A stretch of DNA of 64,000 nt from Blastocatellia bacterium (GTDB lineage Bacteria; Acidobacteriota; Blastocatellia; UBA7656). The notes beneath the pieces were generated by a model. It saw only the letters and a list, made by a program, of their open reading frames with translations, was not told the origin of the DNA and ran no database searches. The stretch is from positions 25,398 through 89,397 of the forward strand of contig JBJMGU010000011.1 in the NCBI GenBank assembly GCA_045807765.1. The letters run 5' to 3'. The translations under genes were made by a program, and so were the position numbers. Each line of letters begins with the position of its first letter. Position 1 is the first letter of the stretch. This document shows positions 1 through 10,700 of this stretch, piece after piece.

Positions 1-830
1 TCGATGCCGTCGCGCGTCTGATCGAGCGACGGTCGCTCAATCACCAGCTCGCCATCGCGCAGGCGACCGATGCTATAGCCTACCTGTCCATTACGATTCT
101 CAAAGACGATGCAGGTGGCGACGCGGTCGCGGCCCGCATTGTTGATCGCCAGCCGATTGCCGTCGAGCCTGACCGTGAGCGGCAGGTCGAACTGGCCGAC
201 GCCGCGATAAAAGAGAAACTTTTCGATCTCCTGATTCTGCTGGCCGCAAACCCGAACCAGCGCCGCATCCGTTTCGCGCGCCGCATAATAATGACTGGCG
301 CTGGCTTCGACCGGCAGCACCTGTGTGGCGTCGGGAACGACCGTGATGCGCCCCCAGGTAACGCTGCCGCCCGAGTCAACGTTCACAGTGCCGCGCGCCT
401 GCGGATACCATTCGGTGATCTTGCCCTGCGGAAACCAGACGCTGACCGATAGCGTCGTTTCGCGCGCCGCATAAAAATAAAGCACCGGCGTTTCCATGCG
501 AATCGTCGCCTCTTCGCATTTGAAACACTGGCGACCGTGGCGCAAGCCTTTGCCTTCGCGTTCGCTGTTGAGGTCATAGACGAACGACGGCAGGTCGCTT
601 GGCCCGGTCAGCGGACGCCATTCGACCGGCTTGCCGTCGCGCCCCGCAATCGATGTGAAGGTTCCCCATTCGTGAACCGTCAGCCGGCGGGCCGACAGGT
701 TCCACGACTTGCTGCTCGGCTGGCGCTGTGGCGCGCCGGGCGTGCGGCTTTCGGGCTGCGCCGCGACCAAGACCATCAGCATCATCGCCGCAAACAGCGG
801 CGCGAATCGGCGCGAAGGCTTATGCTTCAT
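1..830 (-). CDS. Secreted hypothetical protein (5' portion only; C-terminus lies beyond the window start)
   Basis: Manual translation of the minus strand from the ATG at 828-830 (RBS GGAGGAAAC upstream) gives MKHKPSRRFAPLFAAMMLMVLVAAQPESRTPG..., a signal peptide. The frame stays open to position 1 (more than 275 codons). It is missing from the ORF track because it is truncated by the window edge. It lies downstream of the ECF sigma/anti-sigma pair on the same strand. Confidence 0.6.
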   Translation of the reverse strand, partial: MKHKPSRRFAPLFAAMMLMVLVAAQPESRTPGAPQRQPSSKSWNLSARRLTVHEWGTFTSIAGRDGKPVEWRPLTGPSDLPSFVYDLNSEREGKGLRHGRQCFKCEEATIRMETPVLYFYAARETTLSVSVWFPQGKITEWYPQARGTVNVDSGGSVTWGRITVVPDATQVLPVEASASHYYAARETDAALVRVCGQQNQEIEKFLFYRGVGQFDLPLTVRLDGNRLAINNAGRDRVATCIVFENRNGQVGYSIGRLRDGELVIERPSLDQTRDGI

Positions 831-857
831 AGGTGTTTCCTCCTATTGGCAGGGTGG

Positions 858-1997
858 TTAAAACCACACCAGATCCAGCTCTTCTTTCCAGCAGTCGAGC
901 ATCTCGCGGTCGAGCTTGAGGATGCCTTTGCGAGTGACGCAGCGCGGCTTGCCGACGAGGGCGATCATGCGATTCAGCACGACGGCGCGCGTCGACGAGC
1001 CGACGCGCTGCAACAGGTGCCAGAGCGTCAGCGTGTCGCGGTCGCGCGCTTCCTGAAGCACGGCGCGCAAAGCCGCGTCGCCGCCATTCTCGAAGTCGTA
1101 ATGCGACAGCGCCGCTTTGAAGGCATCCGAGGCGTCTTCAAAAAACGGCGTGCCCGGCCCGACGCCGGGGCGCGTTTCGCACATCGCGTCAACCGGCACA
1201 TAAGACTCGCGCCCGTCGCGCACCAGCATCACCCAACCGAGCGTCACGTGTAACAGGCCAATGCCGGCGTCATCCACGGCGAGCGTATATTCGCAGCCCA
1301 GGTCAATGGCTTCCGCCGACGGCGTGTCAACGAAGAATAAGCGCGGCGGCGCGGTGATCAAGGCGTGCAGCTTGCCGCGCTCAAGCGCCATGCGGTGCTC
1401 GTTCTGATTTGTCGTCACCAGCCGCACACGCGAGTTCGGCGCAATCTCGACTTCGCCGATCTGCGGGATATCGATGTTGACGCGCGCCGTGTCATCGGTT
1501 TCAAGCAGCTCGCCCATTTCAAAGCAGCCGGTGGATTTAATGCGGTGGCCGTCAATGCGCGGCGCGCCCGCAAGGCTGGTGACCGGCCACGCCATGCAGG
1601 TCGTCGGCACAGGGTCAGTAATCGGAACGGGAGTCGTCCGCAGCCGGCGATAGATCATGAAGCTGCCGACGCCGATGAAGAGAACCAGCGCCGCCGCGGT
1701 CGCCCACTGAAGCGGTCTGCCGTAGGGAAGCCATGTGTCGGTCTTGGCCTTCACCGCCGGCTGACGGTCGCGAGCATCGAGCAGTGCTTCGATATCGCTC
1801 CACATCTCGGCGGGCGCGACGACCTGCGGCAACTGTTCGGCAAGCCGCACGCCGAGCCGTATGCGCTCGTATTCCTGGTTGCATCGCTCACATTTCAGCA
1901 GGTGCGCGGCGACGCGGCGCACCTGATCGTCGCCAAGCTCGCCGTTGCAGTAGGCCGAAAGTTTTTTGATAACGTGCTCGGTAAACATCTCTCTCAC
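858..1997 (-). CDS. Anti-sigma factor (zf-HC2 N-terminus, one TM segment, periplasmic FecR-like domain)
   Basis: N-terminal Cys/His motif (CNGEL...HLLKCERCNQE), a TM helix (AAALVLFIGVGSFMIY) and a C-terminal FecR-like beta-rich region. The start overlaps the sigma gene stop (ATGA coupling at 1994-1997). Confidence 0.7.
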   Translation of the reverse strand: MREMFTEHVIKKLSAYCNGELGDDQVRRVAAHLLKCERCNQEYERIRLGVRLAEQLPQVVAPAEMWSDIEALLDARDRQPAVKAKTDTWLPYGRPLQWATAAALVLFIGVGSFMIYRRLRTTPVPITDPVPTTCMAWPVTSLAGAPRIDGHRIKSTGCFEMGELLETDDTARVNIDIPQIGEVEIAPNSRVRLVTTNQNEHRMALERGKLHALITAPPRLFFVDTPSAEAIDLGCEYTLAVDDAGIGLLHVTLGWVMLVRDGRESYVPVDAMCETRPGVGPGTPFFEDASDAFKAALSHYDFENGGDAALRAVLQEARDRDTLTLWHLLQRVGSSTRAVVLNRMIALVGKPRCVTRKGILKLDREMLDCWKEELDLVWF

Positions 1998-2581
1998 TCA
2001 CTTCCGATGATTTCGCCGCGCAGGTGCTCAAGCTTTGCCGCAAGCTGTTTGTGGCCGCGATTGAGCCGCGACGACACCGTGCCAATCGAGCAATTCAAGG
2101 CCGCGGCGATCTCTTCGTAAGACAATCCCTCGACGTACTTCAACAGGATGGGCAGGCGCAGCTTCGGGCTCAGCTCGCTGATGGCGGCGCGCACCGAAGC
2201 GGCCAGTTGCCGGCGCTGATAAGTGTTTTCTTGTCCGCCTCCGGTCGTCATCGTCTTGACCTCAAGCTGCGGGCTGAACGGCACGAAGCGGCGGCGGCGG
2301 CGCTGTTCGTCTGTGCAGCAGTTGGCAACGATGCGATAGAGCCAGGTGGCGAATCCCGCATCGTGGCGGAACTGCGTGATGACCGTAAAGAGCTTTAAGA
2401 AGACCTGCTGGGTCACGTCGTGCGCCATCGCCTCGTCATTGCTGAAATGATAGGCGATGCTGTAGACGCGATCCTTATACTGTTCAAACAGCGCATGAAA
2501 TGCGTCGCGGTCGCCGGCCTTGCAGGCTTCGATAATTTGAGCTTCCGTCATGCGCTCGCTCATGCTGACCGCTTGCTCCAT
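1994..2581 (-). CDS. ECF (group IV) RNA polymerase sigma-70 factor
   Basis: 195 aa with sigma-70 region 2 (DAFHALFEQYKDRVYSIAYHF...VTQQVFLKLF) and a region 4 HTH (LSYEEIAAALNCSIGTVSSRLNRG). It is translationally coupled to the anti-sigma gene. Confidence 0.85.
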   Translation of the reverse strand: MEQAVSMSERMTEAQIIEACKAGDRDAFHALFEQYKDRVYSIAYHFSNDEAMAHDVTQQVFLKLFTVITQFRHDAGFATWLYRIVANCCTDEQRRRRRFVPFSPQLEVKTMTTGGGQENTYQRRQLAASVRAAISELSPKLRLPILLKYVEGLSYEEIAAALNCSIGTVSSRLNRGHKQLAAKLEHLRGEIIGSE

Positions 2582-2750
2582 CGCCTTGCCGTCCGTCGCG
2601 CTTCAGCACTTAGACGCGCGCGGCGGAGATTTTCTTCCGTTTACCCGCGAGGTCGCCATATCCCAGACCCGCATTGTATAATCACCGTCTTTTGTAGCAA
2701 ATGGTCACGCTGGAACGGACTACTATATTTGATTTCGATCAAGGGGAGCT

Positions 2751-5054
2751 ATGACGAAGGCAGTATTGCTGCGCGGCGGCCTGGCCGTCGCCCTTTTTTT
2801 GTCGCTGTTATTGCCGCCGGTGGCGTTTCGCGCCACGGCGGAGAGCGATGCGATTCAACTCGCCGTTGACACGGCGAATTTCAATCAAGACGGGCTGCTG
2901 GTGCTGTTCGGCAGCACCCGGCGACAGGGCGAGATCGGCTTACCGGTCGCTGCCGGCGACGTCACCGGCGATGGCCGCGCCGATGTGCTGTTTGGCGGCA
3001 TGTATGGCAGCAGCGACCCGTTCACCAATAACGGCACCGTCAACGTCTACCTGAGCGATGGCCGTGACAGCGGCTTCATCAATCAAGCCGACCACCCGGC
3101 CAATCTTTTTCGCATCCTCGGCAGCGGCTCAGGTGACCTGCTCGGCACCTCTTCTTCAATCAATGCGGACGTCAACCACGACGGCCTGCGCGACATCCTG
3201 ACCTGCGCGGCGTTGCAGGATGGGCCGAATGGTTTTAATGCCGGCGCCGCGTATGTCGTCTATGGCAAGCCGAATTTCAGCGGCGACATCAACCTTGCCT
3301 CATCGCCGGCGGGCGTTACTGCCATCTACGGCCCGCAGGCCGAGGGGCGCATGGGCATCTGGTGTGACGAAGGCGATGTGGACGGCGACGGCTTTGCCGA
3401 CATCGTGATCGGCTCGGATCAGATCAACACCGCCGCGGGCCATCACGTCGGCGGCGCGTATATCGTTTTCGGCGCGGCCAACCTGCCTGCTGAAATTAAT
3501 CTCGCCTCACCGCCCGCCGGTGTGCGGACGGCGCGCATCGTTGGCGTCCGCGAAGAAGATCACTGGGGCGGCGCCCTGCAAGTCGGCGACGTCAACAATG
3601 ACGGTATCAGCGACATCATCATCGGCGCTTCGATAGACCGTGACTCCGGCTCGTACGTCACCGTGCAAGACCAGGTGAGCGGGCATAACTTTTTTGCCGC
3701 AGGCAACAATGGCAGCCGACCGCTGTGCGGCGAAGTCTATGTCATCTACGGCCAGCGCAACTGGCCGGCTACGACCGACCTCGGCGCGCCGCCGGCGAAC
3801 GCCACGCACGTCATCGGCGCGCACGCCCATGACTTCCTCGGCTCGCAGGTGCATTTCGGCGACCTCAATGGCGATGGTCGCACAGACCTGGTGCTGGGAG
3901 CGTTGCTGGCGCTGGCGCCGGACGACCGCGGCCAGACCGGCGCGGTCTATGTCATCTATGGCTCGGCCAGCTTGCCGGGCGCAACGATTGATCTGCTGAA
4001 CCCGGATGCGTCGGGCCAGCGCGTCGCGACCGTCTACGGCGTCCATGCGCTCGACTGCGCCGGCGACTCTGTGCGCAGCTTTGACATCAACAAAGACGGA
4101 TTGTCTGACCTGTTCATCGGTAGCCCGGAGCGCACCTTTGAGCTAAACGGCGAAGACCGCGACGACGCAGGCATGACCGAACTCATCTTTGGGCGGCGCG
4201 ACTTTCTGCCGTCGGTCATCAAGCTCTATGATCCGCCGGCGGGCCTGCCGATCTATCAACTGGCCGGCGCGCACGGCGAAGACCAGGGCCTAGAGGGCGG
4301 CGACGAGTTCTCTTATCGCCTGACCGGCGGTGACGTCGACGGCGACGGTTATGTGGATTACATCGCCAACGCCATGCACGGCGACGGCTTGAACAACAGC
4401 GTGCTCAACGCCGGCAACGTTTACATCTTCAGCGGCAAGAAACTGTCGGCGCGGCTCGGTCAACTGGCGCAGGACCCAAGCCCGGCGCCGCAGCTTAGCG
4501 GCGCCACGCTGACCTTGAATGGCCAGCCGGTGCAGCAAGCGAACGCCGGACAGACAGGATTGCGGATCACCATCAGCGGCACCAACCTGCGCAGCGATAC
4601 CGAGATCACGATCAATGGCACAGTCGCCGTGTCGCACCTGCAAGCCGGGACGCCGGCGACGATCACCGTCGAGCTGGACGAAAACCCGAGCATCAGAAAC
4701 AGCGCCGGGCAGCTCGTCGTCAGCGCCCGCAACACGGCGCCGCCGGCTTCCGGCGCTTCCAATCAAGTGATAGCCGGCACGCTCGTTGGGCCGCACATCG
4801 ATTCAGTAAAGATCAAGAAGAAAGGCTCGGGAGCGCTGGTGCTGAAAATCTTCGGCTCGAACTTCCCGGCCAACGTCACCGTCGAGGTGCGCGGCGACAA
4901 CTTCAGCTCGAACATCGCCGTGTTTGGCGAAACCGATTTCATTTCGCTGAAGATCCCCGCCGCCGTGGCGCCGTCATCGGGTACTGTGCTGCGCATCATT
5001 GTGCGCACCCCCGCCGGCATCGCCTCGAACGAAGTGACGAAGACGGTTCCTTAA
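2751..5054 (+). CDS. Secreted FG-GAP/integrin-alpha-like beta-propeller repeat protein with C-terminal IPT/TIG-like domains
   Basis: Signal peptide followed by many repeats of the GDVxGDGxxDxxxG type (FG-GAP). The C-terminal region (ITISGTNL...TINGT; KIFGSNF) is IPT/TIG-like. 767 aa. Confidence 0.75.
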   Translation: MTKAVLLRGGLAVALFLSLLLPPVAFRATAESDAIQLAVDTANFNQDGLLVLFGSTRRQGEIGLPVAAGDVTGDGRADVLFGGMYGSSDPFTNNGTVNVYLSDGRDSGFINQADHPANLFRILGSGSGDLLGTSSSINADVNHDGLRDILTCAALQDGPNGFNAGAAYVVYGKPNFSGDINLASSPAGVTAIYGPQAEGRMGIWCDEGDVDGDGFADIVIGSDQINTAAGHHVGGAYIVFGAANLPAEINLASPPAGVRTARIVGVREEDHWGGALQVGDVNNDGISDIIIGASIDRDSGSYVTVQDQVSGHNFFAAGNNGSRPLCGEVYVIYGQRNWPATTDLGAPPANATHVIGAHAHDFLGSQVHFGDLNGDGRTDLVLGALLALAPDDRGQTGAVYVIYGSASLPGATIDLLNPDASGQRVATVYGVHALDCAGDSVRSFDINKDGLSDLFIGSPERTFELNGEDRDDAGMTELIFGRRDFLPSVIKLYDPPAGLPIYQLAGAHGEDQGLEGGDEFSYRLTGGDVDGDGYVDYIANAMHGDGLNNSVLNAGNVYIFSGKKLSARLGQLAQDPSPAPQLSGATLTLNGQPVQQANAGQTGLRITISGTNLRSDTEITINGTVAVSHLQAGTPATITVELDENPSIRNSAGQLVVSARNTAPPASGASNQVIAGTLVGPHIDSVKIKKKGSGALVLKIFGSNFPANVTVEVRGDNFSSNIAVFGETDFISLKIPAAVAPSSGTVLRIIVRTPAGIASNEVTKTVP

Positions 5055-5167
5055 ATGATGAACGATGAATGATGGATGATGAATTAAGAGAGGAAACGGC
5101 AGGGGATTGTCTATAGATAATCCGGCTTCCGCTTCCTCTTCCGTTCATCATTCATCATTCATCATTA
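5055..5167. repeat. Hairpin element, family A, copy A1 (more divergent)
   Basis: Left arm aatgatgaacgatgaatgatggatgatgaattaag begins 1 nt after the TAA stop of the FG-GAP gene. Right arm is ccgttcatcattcatcattcatcatt. Confidence 0.75.
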
Positions 5168-5175
5168 GCTTTCAG

Positions 5176-5204
5176 TTGACAGTATGGGAAGCGATGTGTA
5201 GGAT
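5176..5204 (+). promoter_or_regulatory. Putative sigma-70 promoter of cspA (-35 TTGACA, 17-bp spacer, -10 TAGGAT), giving a 5' UTR of about 150 nt
   Basis: The hexamers were read directly. Cold-shock genes typically have a long 5' UTR. Confidence 0.4.
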
Positions 5205-5351
5205 GTGCGAGTTTTGATTCGCAGTAGTGTGAGGAGGACTGAAGTGGAAGTTAAGGTTTTGCGCGTTTGGCAGTTTGACCGCAGACGCTCTTTGCTTTAG
5301 CTCCGATCATCCACGCTGCAACTCACTTCAGATGAAAAGGAGAAGAAAGCA

Positions 5352-5561
5352 TTGAGAGAATTAGGTACAGTTAAGTGGTTCAACGCGACAAAAGGGTATG
5401 GGTTCATCACGCGCTCGACGGGCGACGACGTCTTCGTCCACTATTCGGCGATCCAGGCCGATGGCTACAAGACGCTGAACGAAGGCCAGCAGGTCGAGTT
5501 CACGCTCATTGAAGGCCCCAAGGGCCTGGCGGCGCAGAACGTCACCGCTAGCGCTAGTTAA
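5352..5561 (+). CDS. cspA: Cold-shock protein, CspA family (TTG start)
   Basis: 69 aa with RNP motifs ([20 protein letters not shown]). SD AAAGGAGAAG lies upstream. Confidence 0.9.
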   Translation: MRELGTVKWFNATKGYGFITRSTGDDVFVHYSAIQADGYKTLNEGQQVEFTLIEGPKGLAAQNVTASAS

Positions 5562-5576
5562 TCGATAAAATTTGGG

Positions 5577-5612
5577 GCGAGTCCGGGCGCATCGGACTCG
5601 CCTTTATCTTTT
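5577..5612 (+). terminator. Rho-independent terminator after cspA
   Basis: Hairpin GGCGAGTCCG-ggcgcat-CGGACTCGCC followed by TTTATCTTTT. Confidence 0.6.
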
Positions 5613-5725
5613 CCCTCCCACACCACCCGCATGCACGCAACACCCCGCCACGGCTGCTCATCCCCTCACTGATTGTGATAGACTTGTGGAGCGTTCAATC
5701 AGCAACCAACAAGGGGAGAGAATCG

Positions 5726-6145
5726 ATGATGGCAGATCAAGAGAACGACAAATTCATTGATGCAGGAAATGCCGAGAGCGAACTGGTCGAGGCCGACGCC
5801 GAGGTCTTGGAAGAGTTCGCTGAGGCGCAGCGCCTGGCTTCGGGCGGCCAGTTGTTGAGCCGCGAGCTGCGCGAACACCATTCGCGCACGCCCGAAGACA
5901 CCGCCGGCGACATTGACGCCGACTGGCGTCGCTCGGACATCGGCGAAGAGACGCCCGGCGGCTCGACGCCGACGCCCGACCAAGACGTTGTCGAAGAGCT
6001 TGGCGAAGCCGTCGGCCTGCGCTACGAAGACAACGAGCCGCTCGACACCGCTGAGAAGATCGCCGAGCGCGACCGCCATCGCTGGGAGCTTGACCCGGCA
6101 TCGTCGGAGGATTACAACAAGCGCGTCAATCACGAGGGCGAGTAG
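5726..6145 (+). CDS. Acidic hypothetical protein (about 140 aa, 30% or more Asp/Glu)
   Basis: ORF with RBS AAGGGGAGAG upstream of ATGATG. The composition is strongly acidic and I recognise no domain. Confidence 0.5.
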   Translation: MMADQENDKFIDAGNAESELVEADAEVLEEFAEAQRLASGGQLLSRELREHHSRTPEDTAGDIDADWRRSDIGEETPGGSTPTPDQDVVEELGEAVGLRYEDNEPLDTAEKIAERDRHRWELDPASSEDYNKRVNHEGE

Positions 6146-6318
6146 CCGGCATTACGAAAAGCAGGCGAGGGTTCAAAAAATGATCGGCGGCGCCAGCGGC
6201 GCGTGCCACGCCGGCTTTTGCCGCCGGCGCGCCTTGTTTCCTCGGCAAACCGGCGTTTGCTATAATACGCGCCCGTGAGCGAACCAATCCTTGATCCAAT
6301 TCCAGAAGCGGAGGCTTC

Positions 6319-7296
6319 ATGATGCATAAGCGGCAATTGATCCTACTGATGGTGCTGGCACTGCTGGCGCCTGTGGCCCAGGCTGACACCATTCACCTGA
6401 AAAACGGCAGTGTGCTCAAGGGCAAGGTGGCGAGCTTTGCCGACGATCAGTTCATCGTCATGCTCGACACCGGCTCTGGACGTTATCTGAGCCGGGCGAT
6501 GGTCTATGTCGGCGACGTGGCGCGCATCGAGTTCGAGGGTGCGCCCGCGGGAAGCGCCGAAGGTGCCATGCGGGACGCGTCGCCGGTGCGCCCGAGCGAA
6601 ACCAACAGCACGCGCCCGAGCGACGCCGTGCCCGTCCGCGACACACCGACCGAAGCCCGCGAAACGGCGCGCCCGACGGTCTTGCCGGACCTGCCGCGCA
6701 ACACGCAGCCAGAGCGGCCTACGCGCAACCCAGAAACCACCGAGGCCCAACCGACCGCCCAGCCCGATGTGACGCCTGCTGAAAAGCCTGCCGAGAGCAA
6801 GTCCACGAAACCGTTCGACCGCACTACGGATGCCGATAAGCCCGCGGCCAACCCGCCCGCCGACCAGCCGCCCGCCGAAACCGAGCGGCCCCCGGCGCGC
6901 AAGCTGACCGGCCAGGTGCGCTCGGCAACGATTGACGTGATCGGCAAGCGCGACTGGACGAGCACCGGCCTGATCGTCAAGCGCGGCGACCGCATCCGCA
7001 TTAACGCCAGTGGCGCGGTGACGCTCGACCCGGCAAGCGGACGCACGACGGGGCCGGAAGGCACCACCGATATCACAGACGGCAAGAAGCTGATGGCCGA
7101 ACAGCCTACGGGCGCGCTGATCGGTGTCATCGGCGCCGATAACGACGATTTCATCTTTATCGGCAAATCGTCGGAGTTCACGGCGACGCGCGACGGCCTG
7201 CTCTTCCTGTCGGTGAACGAAGGCAACCTCGGCGACAACGTCGGCTCTTTCAAAGCGCTCATCGAAGTGCAGTCGCAGAGCAAAGGTAGGCAGTAG
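6319..7296 (+). CDS. Secreted protein: N-terminal small domain, Pro/Thr/Glu-rich linker, C-terminal LecA/PA-IL-like lectin beta-sandwich
   Basis: Signal peptide (LILLMVLALLAPVAQA) and a low-complexity PT-rich linker of about 120 aa. The C-terminal region (GDRIRINASG...GALIGVIGADND...NLGDNVGSFKALI) matches the spacing of conserved residues in the PA-IL (LecA) fold. The stop codon TAG lies inside the repeat element at 7286. Confidence 0.6.
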   Translation: MMHKRQLILLMVLALLAPVAQADTIHLKNGSVLKGKVASFADDQFIVMLDTGSGRYLSRAMVYVGDVARIEFEGAPAGSAEGAMRDASPVRPSETNSTRPSDAVPVRDTPTEARETARPTVLPDLPRNTQPERPTRNPETTEAQPTAQPDVTPAEKPAESKSTKPFDRTTDADKPAANPPADQPPAETERPPARKLTGQVRSATIDVIGKRDWTSTGLIVKRGDRIRINASGAVTLDPASGRTTGPEGTTDITDGKKLMAEQPTGALIGVIGADNDDFIFIGKSSEFTATRDGLLFLSVNEGNLGDNVGSFKALIEVQSQSKGRQ

Positions 7297-7392
7297 GCGG
7301 TAGGCAGTTCGTAATGCACACCTGGATGGCGGCGACGCGGCGGAACGATTAAGGATCGGAAAACTGCCTACCGCCTACCGCCTACTGCCTAC
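7286..7392. repeat. Hairpin element, family B (tandem GTAGGCAG / CTGCCTAC arms), copy B1
   Basis: Left arm gtaggcagtaggcggtaggcag (7286-7308) and right arm ctgcctaccgcctaccgcctactgcctac (7365-7392) are inverted tandem 7-8-mers. The left arm supplies the last codons and the stop of the upstream gene. Confidence 0.8.
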
Positions 7393-7789
7393 TTCTCTGT
7401 AACACCTATTTTGCTTGACTTGCTCCATCCCTTAAAGTAGCCTGTGCTTCTCGCATTCCCTTTCTCAGATCTTTGCTGCGCCACGGGCCGGATGAGTTGA
7501 ATAGTTGCGCCGGTTGCGGCACGACAAACGGCAAGCTTCGGCTGCCGCTTTGAAGAAGGGGATTGTGGGACTGCTCATTATCAGGTTGTTTCGATTTCAC
7601 TCATGCTCGCACGACCGCAACGGCGTTGCCGTGCGCCAGGAGTGTCGGATCGGCGAGAGGCGGTCGCGCTGCTTCCATTCGTATGGCCCGCAACCTCGCG
7701 CGTCTCTCCCCGCGCCATCCGCCGGGTGGAGCGCGCACGCTTCACGTTGGAACCAGTGAGAAACATTTACATCACAGAGAGGCAGGAAT

Positions 7790-10700
7790 ATGTCGAGAAT
7801 AAAACCATTCCATTCACTAGGCGCGCTGCTCATGGCGCTCTGTCTGAGTCTGGCAAGCGTTCCGGCGTTTGCGCAGTCGCAGGCGAGTTCCGGACAAATC
7901 GCCGGCGCAGTCGTTGACAACCAGGGCGCGATTGTCGCAAACGCCTCGGTCAAGGCAGTCAACACGCAGACCGGTCTCGAACGCACGGTCACTAGCGGCG
8001 ACGATGGGCTCTACAGCCTCATCTTGTTGCCGCCGGGCGTCTACCGCGTCACGGCCACGGCCCAGGGCTTTACGGCGGTCACCGTCGATAATGTCGAAGT
8101 CGCCGTCGGGCGCACGATTGACGTCAAGATCACCCTCGGCGTCAGCGGCGTTACGGAAGTCGTCAACGTCACCGCCGGCACCATCCAGGTGCAGACGACG
8201 CGCTCGGAAGCCGACGCCGTCGTCAACGAGCGGGCGATTGAGAATTTGCCGATCAACGGTCGCCGCTTCCAGGACTTTGTCACCCTGACGCCGGCGGCCC
8301 AGGTTGACCCGCGCCGCCAGCAGATTTCGCTCTCCGGGCAGCTCGGCATTCACACCAACGTCAGCATTGACGGCGCCGACTATAACAACCCGTTTTTCGG
8401 CGGCATCCGCGGCGGCGAGCGCTCGAACAACGCTTACACCGTGCCGCAGGAAGCCATCAAAGAGTTCCAGGTCGTCGCTTCGGGCTACACCGCAGAATTC
8501 GGGCGCTCGACCGGCGGCATCGTCAACGCCGTGACCAAGTCGGGCACCAATGCCTATCACGGCTCGGGCTTCTACCTCTACCGGCCCAAAGACCTGTCGC
8601 GCAGCAACAACTTCATTGACGCCATCGAGCTGAGCCTGCGCAACAACCTGCTGCCCGGGCAGACGCCGCGCGAGATCACCGTGGCGCCGACCCAGCACCA
8701 GTGGGGCGCGTCGTTTGGTGGTCCGATCAAGAAAGATAAGCTCTTCTTCTTCGGCGCCTACGAACAGCAGCGCCAGCGCCAGAGCCGCGAAGTCTTCTTT
8801 GACACCATTGGCAGCGTCGCTTCGACCCCTGCCATCTCCGAGGCGCTCAGCTTCTATCACTCACTGGAAGGTCCGTTCACGCAGACCAATGACGCCATTG
8901 CCTTCATCGGTCGCGCCGACTACATCGTCAATGATCGTCACAATCTGAACGTCCGCTACAGCTACAGCCACAACGAGGCGCAGAACGCCGTCTCCAACGG
9001 CGTGCCGCTGTTCCCGACGATCACCAACGCGCTTTCCAACAACGGTACAGAGCTCGACACCACCAACACGGTGGTCGGACAGCTCAACAGCTTCTTCACG
9101 CCGACCGTGGTCAACGAATTCCGCGGCCAGTACTCGCGTGAAAAGCGACCGCGCCCGGCGAACGCCCAGCAGCCGCTGGTGACCGATTCCATCGGCAACT
9201 TCGGCACGGTATCGTTCCTCGGCGAAAACGTCGAGCTGGACTGGCGCGCGCAGATCATCGATAACATCACTTGGTCGCGCGGCAACCACACCTTCAAGGT
9301 CGGCGGCGAATACAATCACATCTTCGCCAACCAGACCTTCGGCTTCAACCAGTATGGCACCTACGGCGTCAGCGGCTCGGCGGGAACGCCAGCACAGGCC
9401 GCCGCGCTGCTCGCCCTGCTGAGCCACCCGGCTGGCGCCACCACCAACCGCTTCGACAGCACGGCGGTGACGCTGGCCCGCCAGATTGGCAACCTCCAGG
9501 CGACGCTGCCGGACAATGAGGGCGCCGCCTTCATTCAGGACTCATGGCGCATTCGTCCGAACTTCACGCTGAACGCCGGCCTGCGCTGGGAAGGTCAGTA
9601 CAATCCGCAGCCGGAAGTCGGCAACAATGCTCTGATCAACTTGATCAAAGGCTTCCGCTTCCCCTCGGGCCACGTCGTTGACCCGACCGAGATTCCCAGC
9701 GACACCAACAACTTTGGCCCGCGCCTCGGCTTCGCCTGGGACCCGTGGAGCGATGGCAAGACGGTCGTTCGCGGCTACAGCGGCATCTACTACTCGCGCA
9801 CGCCGGCGCTGTTGTTTGCCGCGCCGATCAACAACTTCCGCGACCCGGCGGGCGATCTCTCGGTGACCCTGCCGCTGCGCGCCGCGCCCCTCAACCCGAA
9901 TGCCTCGGCCAACACGGTCTACAAACAGTTGAAGCTGATCGGCATCGATCTGAACAACTTCACGCTCGACAAGCTGCCGGTGATCACCGGCGAGCAGGTG
10001 CAGCAGATCGCTAAGCTGCTCGGCGTTGACCCGCTGACCGCGGGCCTGGCACCGATCCTGATGGCGCCCGATTTCCAGAACCCGACCTCCGTGCAGTACG
10101 GCATCGGCATCGAGCGCGAGCTCAATCGCAGCCTGACGGTGGGCGCCGACTTCAGCTACGTCCACACGACGCACCTGCAACAGAATCGCGACATCAACCT
10201 GCCGCTGCCCTTCACCCGGACGACGGCTCCCGACCCATCGCAAAGGCCGTTCTTCGGGCTGCTGCTGCCGGTGGCTGACAAGGATCACCGCGACCGCCCG
10301 ATTGCGAACCTCAACAGCGTGCAGATTCGTGAATCAACCGGCAAGGCGCTCTTCCGCGCCCTGACGCTGCGCGCCAAGTTCCAGCGCCGCTGGGGCCAGT
10401 TCAATGCTTTCTACGTGCGCTCGAAGAATCTCTCGACGGTTGATAACGAGCGCGAGGCGGGCGGCGTTCTCTTCGAGAACGCTTTCAACACCGATAGCGA
10501 GTACAGCCTGTCGAACCTCGACATCAAGCACCAGTTCGTCGTCAACCCGGTCTTCTTCCTGCCGTTCGGGATTGACGTATCGAGCGCCGTTCGCCTGCGC
10601 TCGGGCCGTCCGATTGACGCTCGCATCGGCTCGGACGTTAACCAGGATCGCACCAACCTCGACCGTCCGTACCGCGCGCCGGGCATCCCGTTCGAGCGCA

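Noticed and set aside
537-1253. Many long ORFs antisense to or overlapping annotated genes (for example 537..1253, 1365..2120, 11293..12228, 12283..13527, 35355..36902, 46049..46960, 58426..59391, 60238..61611)
   Set aside because: They are Arg/Ala/Gly-rich translations of the opposite strand of confidently assigned genes, which is typical of high-GC DNA, and they have no motifs or RBS.
5111-5124. Similarity of the A1 loop segment tctatagataatcc to the PadR operator half-site ctatagaatcc
   Set aside because: The match is too short (about 9/11) and there is no second half-site, so it is probably chance.
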